Below are positions 37,671-49,700 of a DNA stretch of 64,000 bases, in pieces. Position 1 is the stretch's first letter; each line of letters starts with the position of its first letter. This DNA comes from Calcarisporiella thermophila CBS 279.70. Its lineage: Eukaryota; Fungi; Calcarisporiellomycota. Under the pieces are notes generated by a model that was not told where the DNA came from, did no database searches, and was given only the letters and a program-made list of their open reading frames with translations. The stretch lies in NCBI RefSeq assembly GCF_041956535.1, contig NW_027192197.1, positions 889,647-953,646 of the forward strand, given 5' to 3'. Position numbers and translations under genes: made by a program.

Positions 37671-38217
37671 CTATGTCGCAGTAACTATGGTGTGCAAACA
37701 TGCAAAGATTGAGCAACCCCAAAACCATCCTATGTAAAGATACGCGTATGGCTTACCCCAAGGTCGCCGATCCATTGGGCAGAGCTGTCGGCTACTCTCC
37801 GTGCTGATCCATTTGAGTAGACAATGCATATGAAACACATGTTTGCATTCTCCCCAGACTAGTGTTGCGCAAATGTCATTACGAATCACTTATACAGAGT
37901 GGGAAACTCGAGGAACACTTACTCAGTGGACAGTCATCCCCCGGAGTTTTACACTCTGGGCAACACCCATCGAACGCATTCTGGCAGATACCACATACGT
38001 CTTCTATATCTTCCACGTCCCAATGCCAGAATGCCACGGCATTCCAACTAGATCCATGGTTTGAAAAACATATTGAGCAAGAAAATGGATTATATACACG
38101 AATGTAATTCTTTTTACCCTACAAATTAAAAAAAAATCGTTTCCATTATTAGCGAATCAATCCTCGGATTACTGCCATGGGTTGTCTCTTGTCCTTACTT
38201 TTGATTTTCACTTTCAT
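37671..38217 (-). CDS. APC11: Anaphase-promoting complex RING-H2 subunit Apc11 (5 exons including a 1-nt exon at 38118)
   Basis: MKVKIK(S)WNAVAFWHWD...DVCGICQNAFDGCCPECKTPGDDCPLIWGECKHVFHMHCLLKW...CPMDRRPW. Confidence 0.96.
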
Positions 38218-38980
38218 TATTCGCTAAGGCAGGTTTTCAGAAAATAGGGACGAAATCGACAAGCTTGTGTCTTTAATGTGACTGCATTTAATAAAACGCG
38301 TAACGCGCTCTATATATGTATTCCACGTCTCCCCCGTTGTCCATCCAGACCCACGACTATTCATATCGGGTGATCTCATTCCCGTATTAAGGATTATCCA
38401 TAAAAAACCCTTAGCGGCTCTTGATCACTCTGATTGAGAATTCGACAAAGAAGGAAGGAATTAATAACAGGCACTAGGGGATATCGTTTCAAGAGACAGG
38501 CTCCTCACGCCCCTTATCACGAACCTTCGTGTTGCTAAAGCAAGCACCTTTACAGTAGACTCCTGGGCGTCGCATCGCCTTGGCCGCAAATATAAAGTTC
38601 ATAACTCTTGAGGATAGAGTTGGATGCTGGAAATGCTCAAAATGTTAGTCTGAGATCTGTGGCTTTGCTCTCATCGGCTTGTTTTGGCCGTAGCTTATGC
38701 AATCCACGGTCAAAACTGGCCGATTGGCCATTTGGGCCACTTGTCTCCAATCCTGGCCTCTCAACTAGGTTTCGGACAGTCTGCGTTGACAAGACTCATA
38801 TGAATAAGTAGGGAGAGCCGGGGGAGTTGTGTCATATTAACGGTATATTCCTGCCGATTCAGTAAAATATAAGCTCACCTGTTCCCTTAAATAATTCCTT
38901 GTAATAGTTTTCCACTTTGCGTAATTTTTTTTACTTATTCCTCTCTCTCTTGTTGCCTCGGATCTTGAAATATATCAGCC

Positions 38981-40004
38981 ATGATCGAAGTAGACGTTTT
39001 TTGGTCATTTGCATTTGGGGCCTCGTTTGCCGCCGCTGCCGCTGCCGAATTAAAACAGGCCGACGAGCCTTGGGTCAACCACGTCTTTGTCAAGACCCTA
39101 TTGTTCCTGTCTCTGATATTCGGGCCGAGTGGCATTTATTTGCTGTGGGACTTTCCAGGCTGGGAGTCAATGTGAGGCGCCACTTATATTTGTTAATGAG
39201 TTGTTTCCTCTTTTTGCTCTTTTGCGCTCACCCAAGCATCCCATGTTTAGGTTTGTTCTTGGCGACAAAAACACAATCCCCGCTATCCTGCCCACGCTCT
39301 TCTCGTTTACCAACGTTTTGCTGGGGATCCTTGGCCACTACATCACATGGCGAATGATCAAGAGCTCGAAAAACATAGGCCAGGATTTGAGCTATCATCG
39401 CCCATGGATCTGGGCTTACGCGTAAGTGTTGGTGTTGGGTGAATGGCAGCCGAATGCACAGAGCCCCCACTATGAAGGAGAAAGCACTCACTTAGCAATT
39501 TTATCTGACCCGCTTTCATATCCCGTAAATAGATGCTTTAATGCCATTCTTGGGATGGGATATTATCGATTTACTTATGCAGGAACCCACGAGGATTGGG
39601 CCGCTGGCCGTACGTTCCCCATGCTAGCGTTTTTCACGTCCCCCGTCTTTTTCACGCTCCTTGCCATGGGCGTGGTGTTTGTTCCTGCAATGGTCATCCT
39701 TACCGTTCAGTATGCGCGCGTTACGCTCCGGGCCCATCCCAAAATTGCGTACCGCTTCGTTCCCTTCTTCATCCGTGAGGTGATAGTCAGTAGTTCGGTG
39801 ATAGTGGCTGGGTGGTTTGCGTATATGTTCGGCCTAAAGAGCGAGAGGGAGAGAGAGTACTTCGTGCATGAGCCGGTGGGAATCTACGCGCCACTGGTTG
39901 GATTTGGAGTGTTCATTGTTGCCATTTACGGCCTGGTGCTATTGCCTTTTGCTTATGTTGCTCTCCTGGAGCAGTTCACGGCACCTAAGGAAAAGACAAA
40001 ATGA
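38981..40004 (+). CDS. Multi-pass membrane protein of unknown function (3 exons)
   Basis: MIEVDVFWSFAFGASFA...FGPSGIYLLWDFPGWESMF...ILGMGYYRFTYAG; about 7 hydrophobic segments; introns near 39172 and 39422. Confidence 0.75.
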
Positions 40005-40397
40005 ACTTTTTTGACCTTCTGCTAATAACTATGGTTGCCTATTATTTGTCCCTACTTTATTCGTGCTTTGTATTTTACCATGGGTGAACAGGACCAAGCA
40101 TAATTACTCTATCTCCCCTTTTTTTTCCAACTTCATTCGACTGTAGAGACCTCGTCTAATATGCATTCATAATCTGTAATGACCTTTCACATGATTTTTA
40201 TTGAAATACACGCTAGTTTGCTCCTCTCAACCCTTCTATCACGAAAAAATTGGATTCCAGCAACACTACCAGATGAATCTGAATTAAAAATTTATTTTGT
40301 TCGAATAAAATATACATCAAAAAAAAAAAAATTGTTCGCTTTCAAAGGGGTGGAAGGACCTTTAGGAAGTGGAAAAAACAAGGAGTGCCCGGGGGAT

Positions 40398-42084
40398 TTA
40401 GTTCCTAGGGTCGAGAAGAGGAGAGTGAATAGAGGTGTCGGCGGAGTGCTTAAGAAAGTTTGAACTTACTTCTTCACAATCTGTACAACGTCTTCGTCCT
40501 GCAATACATGGTCCTTGCCACATTTCTGCGGTGCATGTTTAACCGAGGCTCCCCACACATTCGCACTATCGATCGAGTGAAGGGTGGATTAGCTGAATTC
40601 AATGGCATTCTGCTTGCCCAAAATAATGAGCGGCTACTTACTATTTGAATTGGCTGAGGATGGCTTTGTGAATTGTGTTGCAGAAGTCTTCAATCGTGCT
40701 TGCATCCCGTTTAAGAACCACAGGGGCTGTGTAGTCGGGCAGCTGGCCTTTAGGTTTAGTGTAGCTGCAAAAAACCCCGGACAAGTTAGTTATCTTTTGA
40801 CGAAGGCTGTATAAAGGGCATCTTACATTCGCACAAGGTCTAGCTTCTCCCACATCACTTCTAATAGTTCATCAAAATTCCACTCTAATAGAAAGGGAGC
40901 GCTTAGCAGAAATGAAGGCAGTCAGGAGATCCGATGAAAATTACCATGGTGGGCAGAGATAGGGACTGCGTGTGGAATCTTGTAAATCATGTCAAGCTCT
41001 TCGATGGAGATTTGATCGATCTTGTTAAGTACATAAATGGCTGGAATATAGATCCGATTGCTGGACACAAAATGGAAAGGATGAGTAATGGAGAGAGAGG
41101 TGTTGAAAAAAAAAAGCCCAGCATCTCACCCCTCAATAACGTCAATGAACTCATCCACAGTGGGGTCGCATCGGAAGGAAATATCGGCGTTATGGATGCG
41201 GTATTCGGCGAGCACAGCCTTAATTTCATCTTGGTCAAGATGCGTTAACGGAACGGTGTTCGTGATGTTGATGCCTCCTTTTTCCTTCTTTTTGAAAGAG
41301 ATATTGGGGGGTGACTTGTTCAGTCGAATTCCATACCCTTCAAGTTCGCGCTCAATAATGTATTTGTCGGTGAGGGGTTTCAAAACATCTAGCACAAGGA
41401 AGATCAGGGAGCATGTGCGTGCAACTAAGGGGGGGGGAATGCAGGATATAGGGTTAGTCTTCCAATCCATAAGTGGCAAGATGACGCAACGAAATGAAGA
41501 AAGAAAAAACGCACCAGCAATAACTTGGCGACCACGACCCTTGCCATCTTTGGCGCCTTCCAAAATACCGGGCAAATCAAGCATTTGGATCTTGGCACCT
41601 TTGTACATGATGATACCTGGCACAGTTGTCAAGGTTGTGAATTCATAGGCGGCAGCTGTTGAAAATTGAAAATGAACATTAATATCGTGTTTTCTTGGCA
41701 CTTTGCAAAAAGTCTCAATTCCATTTTTTTCAAGCAACATTACCTTCCGAATGGACGCCAGTCAACTTTGACATCAGAGTGGATTTGCCCACTGAGGGGA
41801 AACCCACGAACCCTACACGCGCCACGCCCTGTTTTGCAACTTCAAAAGACACACCACCACCACCACCGCCACCACCTCCAGGCTGGGTGAGCAGTTCACG
41901 TCGCAATTTTGCAAGCTTCGCCTTGAGCTGACCCAAATGGAAAGCAGTGGCTTTGTTCCTCTGGGTCTTGGCCATTTCGGCCTCGATCTGAGCGATCTTC
42001 TCGATTGTCTGTATTCAAATCCAAAAAGAGCGATGAGTCAAATTTAAGAAATACTCGAGATGTGTAATAGGAGCTTACCGTCAT
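40398..42084 (-). CDS. RBG1: Developmentally regulated GTPase DRG1/Rbg1
   Basis: [55 protein letters not shown] tail [14 protein letters not shown]. The final mini-exon is uncertain. Confidence 0.96.
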
Positions 42085-42535
42085 CGTGCCTGACTAAATC
42101 TTCACGATCAAATGATCTGGGTAGAAAAAAAAATGATATAGGTAAACTATCGGTGTTTGTTTGTTTAAATCGTGATGTCATTGAAGGCGCAGCACCCTAC
42201 ATTTGATCCTATGAGTTTAGAGATTAATTAGTCATTAAAAGGGAATTCGTCTGCAGTTTTCGATTTTAAACTCGATGTATCCGAATCAGATAAGTCATAT
42301 TAATTTTCAATGTAGATGAGAAACGTGAATATACAATGGAAGAATTGAGTGGACATATTTGTTAGAGGTTTTCTGAATATCCGAGAGGGATTTTACAGAA
42401 GTGAGCAGAAATTCTTTCGGGGCGTCACAGCGGGGAGGGGTGCACACTGCTTTTTCATATGACAATGGCACTTCTCTCATTATAGAGTCCCTGGTTAGAT
42501 TCAGACAATATTGGTACAATTGAAAAGAAAACAGA

Positions 42536-44115
42536 CTAAATAAAATCATCGTCCACAGGTTGTGAATTTCGCTTTCGCTTTTTCGCTCTTGAGTTGGTCA
42601 ACTTGGGGGTAGAATCTTGACAAATAAGGAAAAAGCAATATAAACAATTGATTGAGGATTAGATGTAAAAATCATATATACCACTCGGTTCGTCGGATAG
42701 TGTCGATGGCTGCGATTGTGCCGGCGTCGAGTCGAGAGCTTCTGACTCTCCGGACTCGTCCTCTTGAGCCTTCTTCTTTGCCTCTCTTTGTCTGATCTGC
42801 TCTATTAGTTCAGAAAATTGATCTGCATATTTTTCAAGTGCAATGTTGTTAGGGATAATATGGAGATATTTGCTAACAATAGAAGAGTCAAGTAGTGGGT
42901 AGTAAATACAAAAGGATATCATGTGCAGCCGCCTCCTGTTCGGTAGAGATTCGACCAGGCTTTTTGTTGTTTTTTTCTTTGGTATAAATACGTTCCAGCG
43001 TTTCTAGCTCCTTCAGAAGTTCGGCATGACTTCGAGGTTTTTGGGAATCACAGTTGGCATTATGCAAATTCAGGAATTCGCGATGACGATATTGAAGTAA
43101 TTGTCGGTCCCCATTTGTTGGTAGATTCAAATCCTTTGTGCCAGAAAAAAGGGAATAGGGTTGATAAGATGAATGGGGTGAGACTTTTAGCAGAAAATAG
43201 GTTACCTTCAGAATCTTTCGTAATTGTTTGTCCGTGTATACTGAGTAGCAGAGTTTCGTCAGTTTAGTTCGAGTCCTTAAAGCATATGAATAAAACATAA
43301 ATTAAACATGCTCCTCTATAAGTGAATAGAGAATGATAGGATACCCATTCGAACTACTGGGTGTTGATAGTGTATTGATTGCTGAAGGTGATGAAGCGGG
43401 TGAAGATGTTGGTGGGTTGGATTTCATAAGACAGCGATCCAAATGTGAATTTATATCAGAGGGAGAATAGAGGTTTCCGCATATCGGGCACGGAAAGCCG
43501 GTACCTTGTCAAGATAAGTTGGGATCAGCCAAGATAGAGAGAGGATGTAGAAAAAAAAAATAGCAAGGACTACCAGTTGAAGTGCTTCGTTGCTTAGTTT
43601 GAGGAAGTACACCTTGGGAGTCTAACTCTTTAGTTGATATTTTTTCTGATTTCTCGGTTATAGCAGTAGCTGAATCAGTGTCGTTATTTACTTTCAAGAA
43701 GTGACCTTTTAAGAGAAAAGATCTAGCAAAGAGCAGTATAAAGGCTATATTAGTATATTGCGGCGTTTGCGAGTAAAACAGCATAAAATGGGGTACGCAA
43801 AGTATTGTATCTGGCTGGAACTGAAATGACAGAAGTTAATAGAAGAGGAGCTACGAACCTTAGGCGAGAAAACGATTGAACGAGATCGTCAAGTAGTATG
43901 TTTTTTTGTATATGTGATTCTTCAGAAGGAGTGCGACATACCGGGCAGACTTCGGCAAGATTCAAGCTACGACGGATGCACAGAGAACAAAAGTTGTGGG
44001 AGCACTTAATAAGCATTACAGCAGCCTGGAAATGATCTTTGCAGATTGGGCAGCGTAGCTTGTGATCAATGTCGCTCAGTTCTGGGGACGACCACTCTGA
44101 TGGATCTTTTTCCAT
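42536..44115 (-). CDS. RAD18: Post-replication repair E3 ligase Rad18 (RING, UBZ, SAP)
   Basis: RING LRCPICKDHF...CSHNFCSLCIRR...CPVCR; UBZ CPICG...INSHLDRCL; SAP YTDKQLRKILK-DLNLPTNGDRQLL...HNANCDS. Confidence 0.9.
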
Positions 44116-44182
44116 TTTCTCGAGTACATTAGCTAATGTTATATTTGAAAACAATCGAATTTTTTTGAAAATGGTAATGAAG

Positions 44183-44273
44183 ACGCGACGCGTAAATTTC
44201 CTGCGCCATACATTCTGACAAATTAAACAACTCGCGTTTTCATTAATAAATATGCTGCCAAAATCAGACGCGC
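44183..44273. promoter_or_regulatory. MCB-like (ACGCG) cluster upstream of RAD18
   Basis: ACGCGA 44183, ACGCGT 44188, TCGCGT 44232, ACGCGC 44268 in an AT-rich background. Confidence 0.6.
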
Positions 44274-44627
44274 AAAGGCAAGCACTATTTATTTTTGGAG
44301 GATGCCATCTAATGAATAGAATAGGAGAATCGGAATGTTTAATTACGGCTTCGGTCTCGTTTATGACTAGTAATATTTCTAGTTTTGCGATGTGTTGGTG
44401 GGTATACACGTTTGAAACATCCAATATTATGTGCGTCTCTCTCACTTATTTGAGGATGAAAAAAATTACAAAAAGTCGGTGCTTTTTATTCTATCGTAAA
44501 CTTGTCTTAGGTTGCCTAGTTTCTACGAACGAATTGTCTAGGTAATTCAAATATATATACCGCATGTGGCCACTGAGTGCTCTGACAATGTCCACCACAG
44601 CCAGCAATTCTAGTAATGAATGTTTCT

Positions 44628-46510
44628 TTACAGGGTCGCCTCAATAACGTGAACGCCTTCCTTTTCTAGCAATTCCATAATGGGGTTATTAATCTCAGGA
44701 GTCATAGGTGCGAGGACACCGCGCTCTTTGAGAACCCCATCCAGGATGAGCTGCACAGCAATCCCACAGGGGACACCGACTGTTCGAGCCATCGCACTGT
44801 CTCCACCTGGAACTCCATACTCAAGTAATGTAGAAGTACGCGTTTGCTGTCCAATAGTAAGGTGAGTTTAGTTTTAATTACAAACTTGCACGGGCGAAGG
44901 GGCCTCATTTACCTTGGTGCCATCCTTTAGCTCTACTTCGAATTTATGCTGGAGCATAATCATATCACGCTCGCGCTCCCCATAGCTCATCTTCTCTTCG
45001 AGAGTTGCACACAAGGTATCTAAGTAGTTTCCGCGGCGATGCACAGGTGTTTGTGAGAAAAGTCCAAGCCTGGATATCCGTAAAGTAGATAAGCGTGAAT
45101 GTGAAATTACATGGAAATAGAATCCAATATAATCTTACCATTTCATCCCTTCAAGGACACGCTCCACTTGCTCGGAGGGGAGATTTAATTTGGCAATGAT
45201 CGAATTTCGTAATTTGCTAATCAGCGGAGTATAAGCCGGTTTAGTATAAATGTGAATCTTGAAAAGGCTGTGCTCAAAATAAAATACCTTTCTTCTGTGC
45301 TATTGACATTCAAGAGCTGAGCAAGCGTTTGCGCCCAAGTGATTTCAGAAGACTCCTTCTGCAAGAAAGCGACTTCAGTGTCGTCTAGCAGGCCAATATC
45401 AACAAGGGCCTTGATAAATTCAGGGAAGCCTTGGTAGCGAAGGGTTCCGCGACAGATAGTGTGGGCCTCAGGGATATTGTAGCGTTCTTTGTACGGAGTG
45501 CTGTCGCGATTTGCGTACGCGACAAAAGCAAACGCAGGATAGATATAATACGGCTTAGCCGAAGACATCAATTCCTTCCCTGGGATCTCGACGACCTGGA
45601 AGTAAAGCGCAGTCGCGAATTAGTTTCAAATAAATGGGTAGTATAGCGAACTAAGCAAATATTAACCTTGCCGTTCTCATAGAACTTGGCATTATTTTTC
45701 AACGCCAGAAGAACCCCCCTCGATGACCAGCTGAATTTGTAGCCAAGAGGATTATTAGAGGCCTCAGGAGCGGGCAAACCACCGCAGAAAGAGAGGAAGG
45801 AGAGGATTTTTCCACCTTCCTTGTGGACTTCATCAATAGTTTTCACGGCGTATAAGTGGTCAATTCCGGGATCGAGTCCAATCTCGTTCATGACCGTGAC
45901 TCCTGCTTGCTTTGCACTTAACAGAGGAAAATGGAGTGGATATTCAAGTCTATACAAGCATCCATTATACAATTGAACTTACGCTTCATCAAAAGCCATC
46001 ATTGCTGGAGAGACATAAGATGTCGTAACAACGTGCTTCTTAAACTTGATAGCTGTTTTGATGACGGTCGCATGATGAATATAAGGAATCAAGCTAAAGA
46101 TATAATTTAGTTAAGAAACGCGGATTTACAGCTGAAAATTAGTCAGCCTTACCTAATGACAAGATCGTGCTGAGAAACCAACTCATCAAAAGCTTTCTCA
46201 TCGTTAATATCGAGAGAGACAGCTTTCGTGCGCTCAAATTGTTGGGCAAGGGCTTGAGCTTTTTCAATTCGCCTCGAGGCTAATTAGGAAAAAAATAAAA
46301 ATGCGTTATATAGAGTTCAGTAACAAATGAAAGAGAGAAGAAGAACTACCAATCGTGATGTGATTCTCGGGACGACGCAGAATATATTCGGCAGCAGGGC
46401 GGGCAACGTAACCTGCACCAAGGAGCAGAATGTTCCTAAGTAGGGAATAGTTATAAGCCGATTGAGAAATGCTGCTGATTAAGGGAGACTACATACTTTT
46501 GGGATGCCAT
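44628..46510 (-). CDS. LYS9: Saccharopine dehydrogenase (NADP+, L-glutamate-forming)
   Basis: ILLLGAGYVARP, VVTTSYVSPAM, MNEIGLDPGIDHLYAVK, SFCGGLPAPEASNNPLGYKFSWSSRG, RGTLRYQGF, MARTVGVPCGIA. Confidence 0.96.
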
Positions 46511-46679
46511 GTTGTTTTGCTTTTATAAAAGTGGTTCTATTTAGTATCGAGGTGAGTTAGAGAGTTGAGACGTAAGATATATCTTAATCAAAGCTCTGAT
46601 TATCTGTGGGAAAATCAATCTTCGTGGCAATTTATGTGACGAGTTTTTGTGATTCATTAGCGGTGGCGCATTCAATTTA

Positions 46680-46724
46680 ACGCGACCACGAAATTATTCC
46701 GTTTTTTTTTTTCCCGCTACGCGT
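46680..46724. promoter_or_regulatory. Stacked G1/S boxes upstream of SMC1 (MCB-like, SCB, E2F, MCB)
   Basis: ACGCGA 46680, CACGAAA 46687, TTTCCCGC 46710, ACGCGT 46719. Confidence 0.55.
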
Positions 46725-46747
46725 CGATAAAGTAGGCAAATGTTGAA

Positions 46748-49700
46748 ATGGGGCGACTAGTGAGACTCGAATTGGAAAATTTCAAGTCCTATAAGGGGCA
46801 TCAAATGATTGGGCCCTTTCATAACTTTACTTCGGTGATCGGACCAAATGGTGCAGGTAGGCTACCATCTTCGAGCTCCTCCATTTACAATTACCTATTG
46901 TAAAATTGTTTAACTACTCTTCTAAATTAAGGAAAATCAAATCTTATGGACGCTATATCATTCGTACTCGGCGTACGATCACTCCACCTCCGTTCGATGC
47001 ATCTTAAAGATTTAGTGTATCGAGGAGCAGGAGATCAAGAAGAAAGCGACAAATTAGCGGATCCAACCAATTTTCCCCAAAAGGCATATGTAATGGCAGT
47101 ATATGAAGACGACAACGGAGAGGAAATTATCTTTAAGCGCACGTAAGTTACTCCATGAGGATAGAGGCTTAAGGGGGGGGGGAGGCAGAATGACTGATAG
47201 TGTTGTACCTAGTATCTCCATATCTGGCTCAAGTGAATATCGTATAAATAACATTGTCGTCAGCTTTAATCAGTATAACGAAGCTCTGGAGCGGGAGAAT
47301 ATTCTTGTGAAAGCTCGAAATTTCCTGGTATTTCAAGGCGATGTCGAAGCAATTGCTAGTCAAAGTCCTAAAGATCTCACAAAACTTATCGAGCAAATAA
47401 GCGGGTATGCTTTCGCTTTTTTATCTTCATTTGAAGTTGATAATTTAGCGACCTTTTTTTTGCATTTGCTGCAACAGTTCATGGGAATATCGCGAAGAAT
47501 ATGAGAAGCTTAGAATTGAGTTAGAACGAGCAACAGAAAACTCTACTTTTAACCTCAATAAGAAGCGCGGGATCCATGCTGAAATCAAACAATACCAAGA
47601 GCAAAAGAACGAAGCTGAGCGTTTTGAACAAATGCAAAAAGAAAGGGTAATTAGTTAAGATCGAATTTATCCAACCATATCGTTTTTAACTAGTGTTATC
47701 CTTGTTTGTTATTGCCTTTATAAGGCGAAAGTACTCGTAGAATATTTGCTATGGAAGCTCTTTCACATTGAGAAAAACATTAAATCTCATCAAAACCAGA
47801 TAAATGAGAATAACGAGAAGATCCAACTTACCCAAGAGAAGCTGGTACGATAATTTTTTTTACTTTAATATACATGCATAGACCTAACTCGGTTATCGCA
47901 ATGTAGAATAATGCAGACAATGCGCTTAAAACCGCCCGTCGTAAACATGCAGACAAATCTCGAGATATTTTGAAGCTTGAGGATAAGACGCGAAAAAAAG
48001 AGCGGCAGCTAGAAAACAAGGTGAGCCCAGATATTCTAGAGCGCAATATAAAACATTCAGTAATCTTGCTGTATTATTCGATAGTGGCCACAACACCTGG
48101 AGCTAGAGGAAAAGATCGCACATATTAATAAGCGATTAAAACGTTCAAGGAACAATGCAGAACAGCTTCAACAAGAGTATCAACATCAGGTTAGGAAATC
48201 ATATTTTTATAGATCCAATATCGAGAGAAACCTCCCTAAACATCGAAATATTACAGGAAAGCCATATTGAGGCCCTTCAAACCGAGCTACGAAATGTAGA
48301 AAGAGCGCTACAGCAAACTGAAGGTAATGCTGATAAGCTATTTATTTTACACTTTACAAATATTCAAACTTAAACTTATGACTGCTCCTTTTTAGAATCT
48401 TTTCAGAGTATATTCATTAAAAAGGGAATAAGCCTTAGCGAAAGTGATTTGGCTGAATACAATAAGCTGTACCGTCGCTCTTCTAATCTGTAGCGAGTTG
48501 GTGTATTATACAAATTAATATTTCGTTTGTCAATTTACAGGAAGCAAGAGGTTAATCTCAAAACAGTGGACAAACAGCAGCAACTCGCCAATCTACGAAG
48601 ACAAGATAATATAACTCGTGAGTCTTTGCTCCGCATAAGTGAGAGATTGAACGAGAAAGAGAGGCAGAAAGCTCAACTCGAGGACGAGGAGAAGTCGCTC
48701 AATGCTCGAAAGAAAAAGGTTGAGTCAATATATTGTGGGACACGTAATGATTAGAAATTGTAACCTAGAATGATCTGCTAGACTGAGGACTATATCAAAC
48801 AATTGAGCGAAGATTTACAAGCTGCCCAGAAGAGTCTGCAGGATTTGGTCACTGAGCGAGAGAATATACAGTAATTATCTTTTTTAATGGTATAGCATTA
48901 AATCACTCCTCTAAGTCAATCAATCATAGAAAAATGGAAAAATATTTGAACAACGAGCTTCAGCAAACCTTGAATAAACTGCTACAAGCCCGAGTGGATC
49001 AGCATGAGTCTGAGAAGCGCCAAAGAATGAAAGAAACTCTGGACAACCTTCGACGGATTTATCCTGGTAAAGACTTCGTCATCGGTTATAATTTTGCTTT
49101 TTGATTAAGTGTTATTTTTCTACGGATTTACAGGCATCCATGGAAGAGTGAAAGATTTATGCACTCCTAATTTGCAAAAGTACAACGTTGCTGTTAGTGT
49201 GGTTCTCGGACGAAACTGGGACGCGATTATTGTGGATACCGAAAAAACGGCGATCGAATGTATTCGGGTATGAATACTGGCTTATAACTCCCCAATATTT
49301 TATCTCACCGTATATTCCTCTATGTAGTATTTGAGAGAGCAGCGAGCTGGGCACGCAACGTTTATTCCACTTGATACTATCTCGACAAAACCAATCCATC
49401 CAAAATATCGAAACTTTGTAAAAGGCGCATGGCTTGCTATTGACATTATTTCCTATGATACTTCTTTGCAAAGGGCGATGGAGTACATATGCGGTAACAC
49501 ATTAGTGTGTGAAACTATGGAAATTGCCAAATATATTTGCTATGATCGCAAAGAGCAAGTTAAGGGTAAATACAATGAAATATTTGGTAATGGATAATTT
49601 CGACAGACGTTTAAATTGTCCTATTTTAGCGGTTACTTTGGACGGAACTGTCATACATAAAAGTGGTTTAATCACTGGTGGAGAAGTTCCTAACAGAGAT

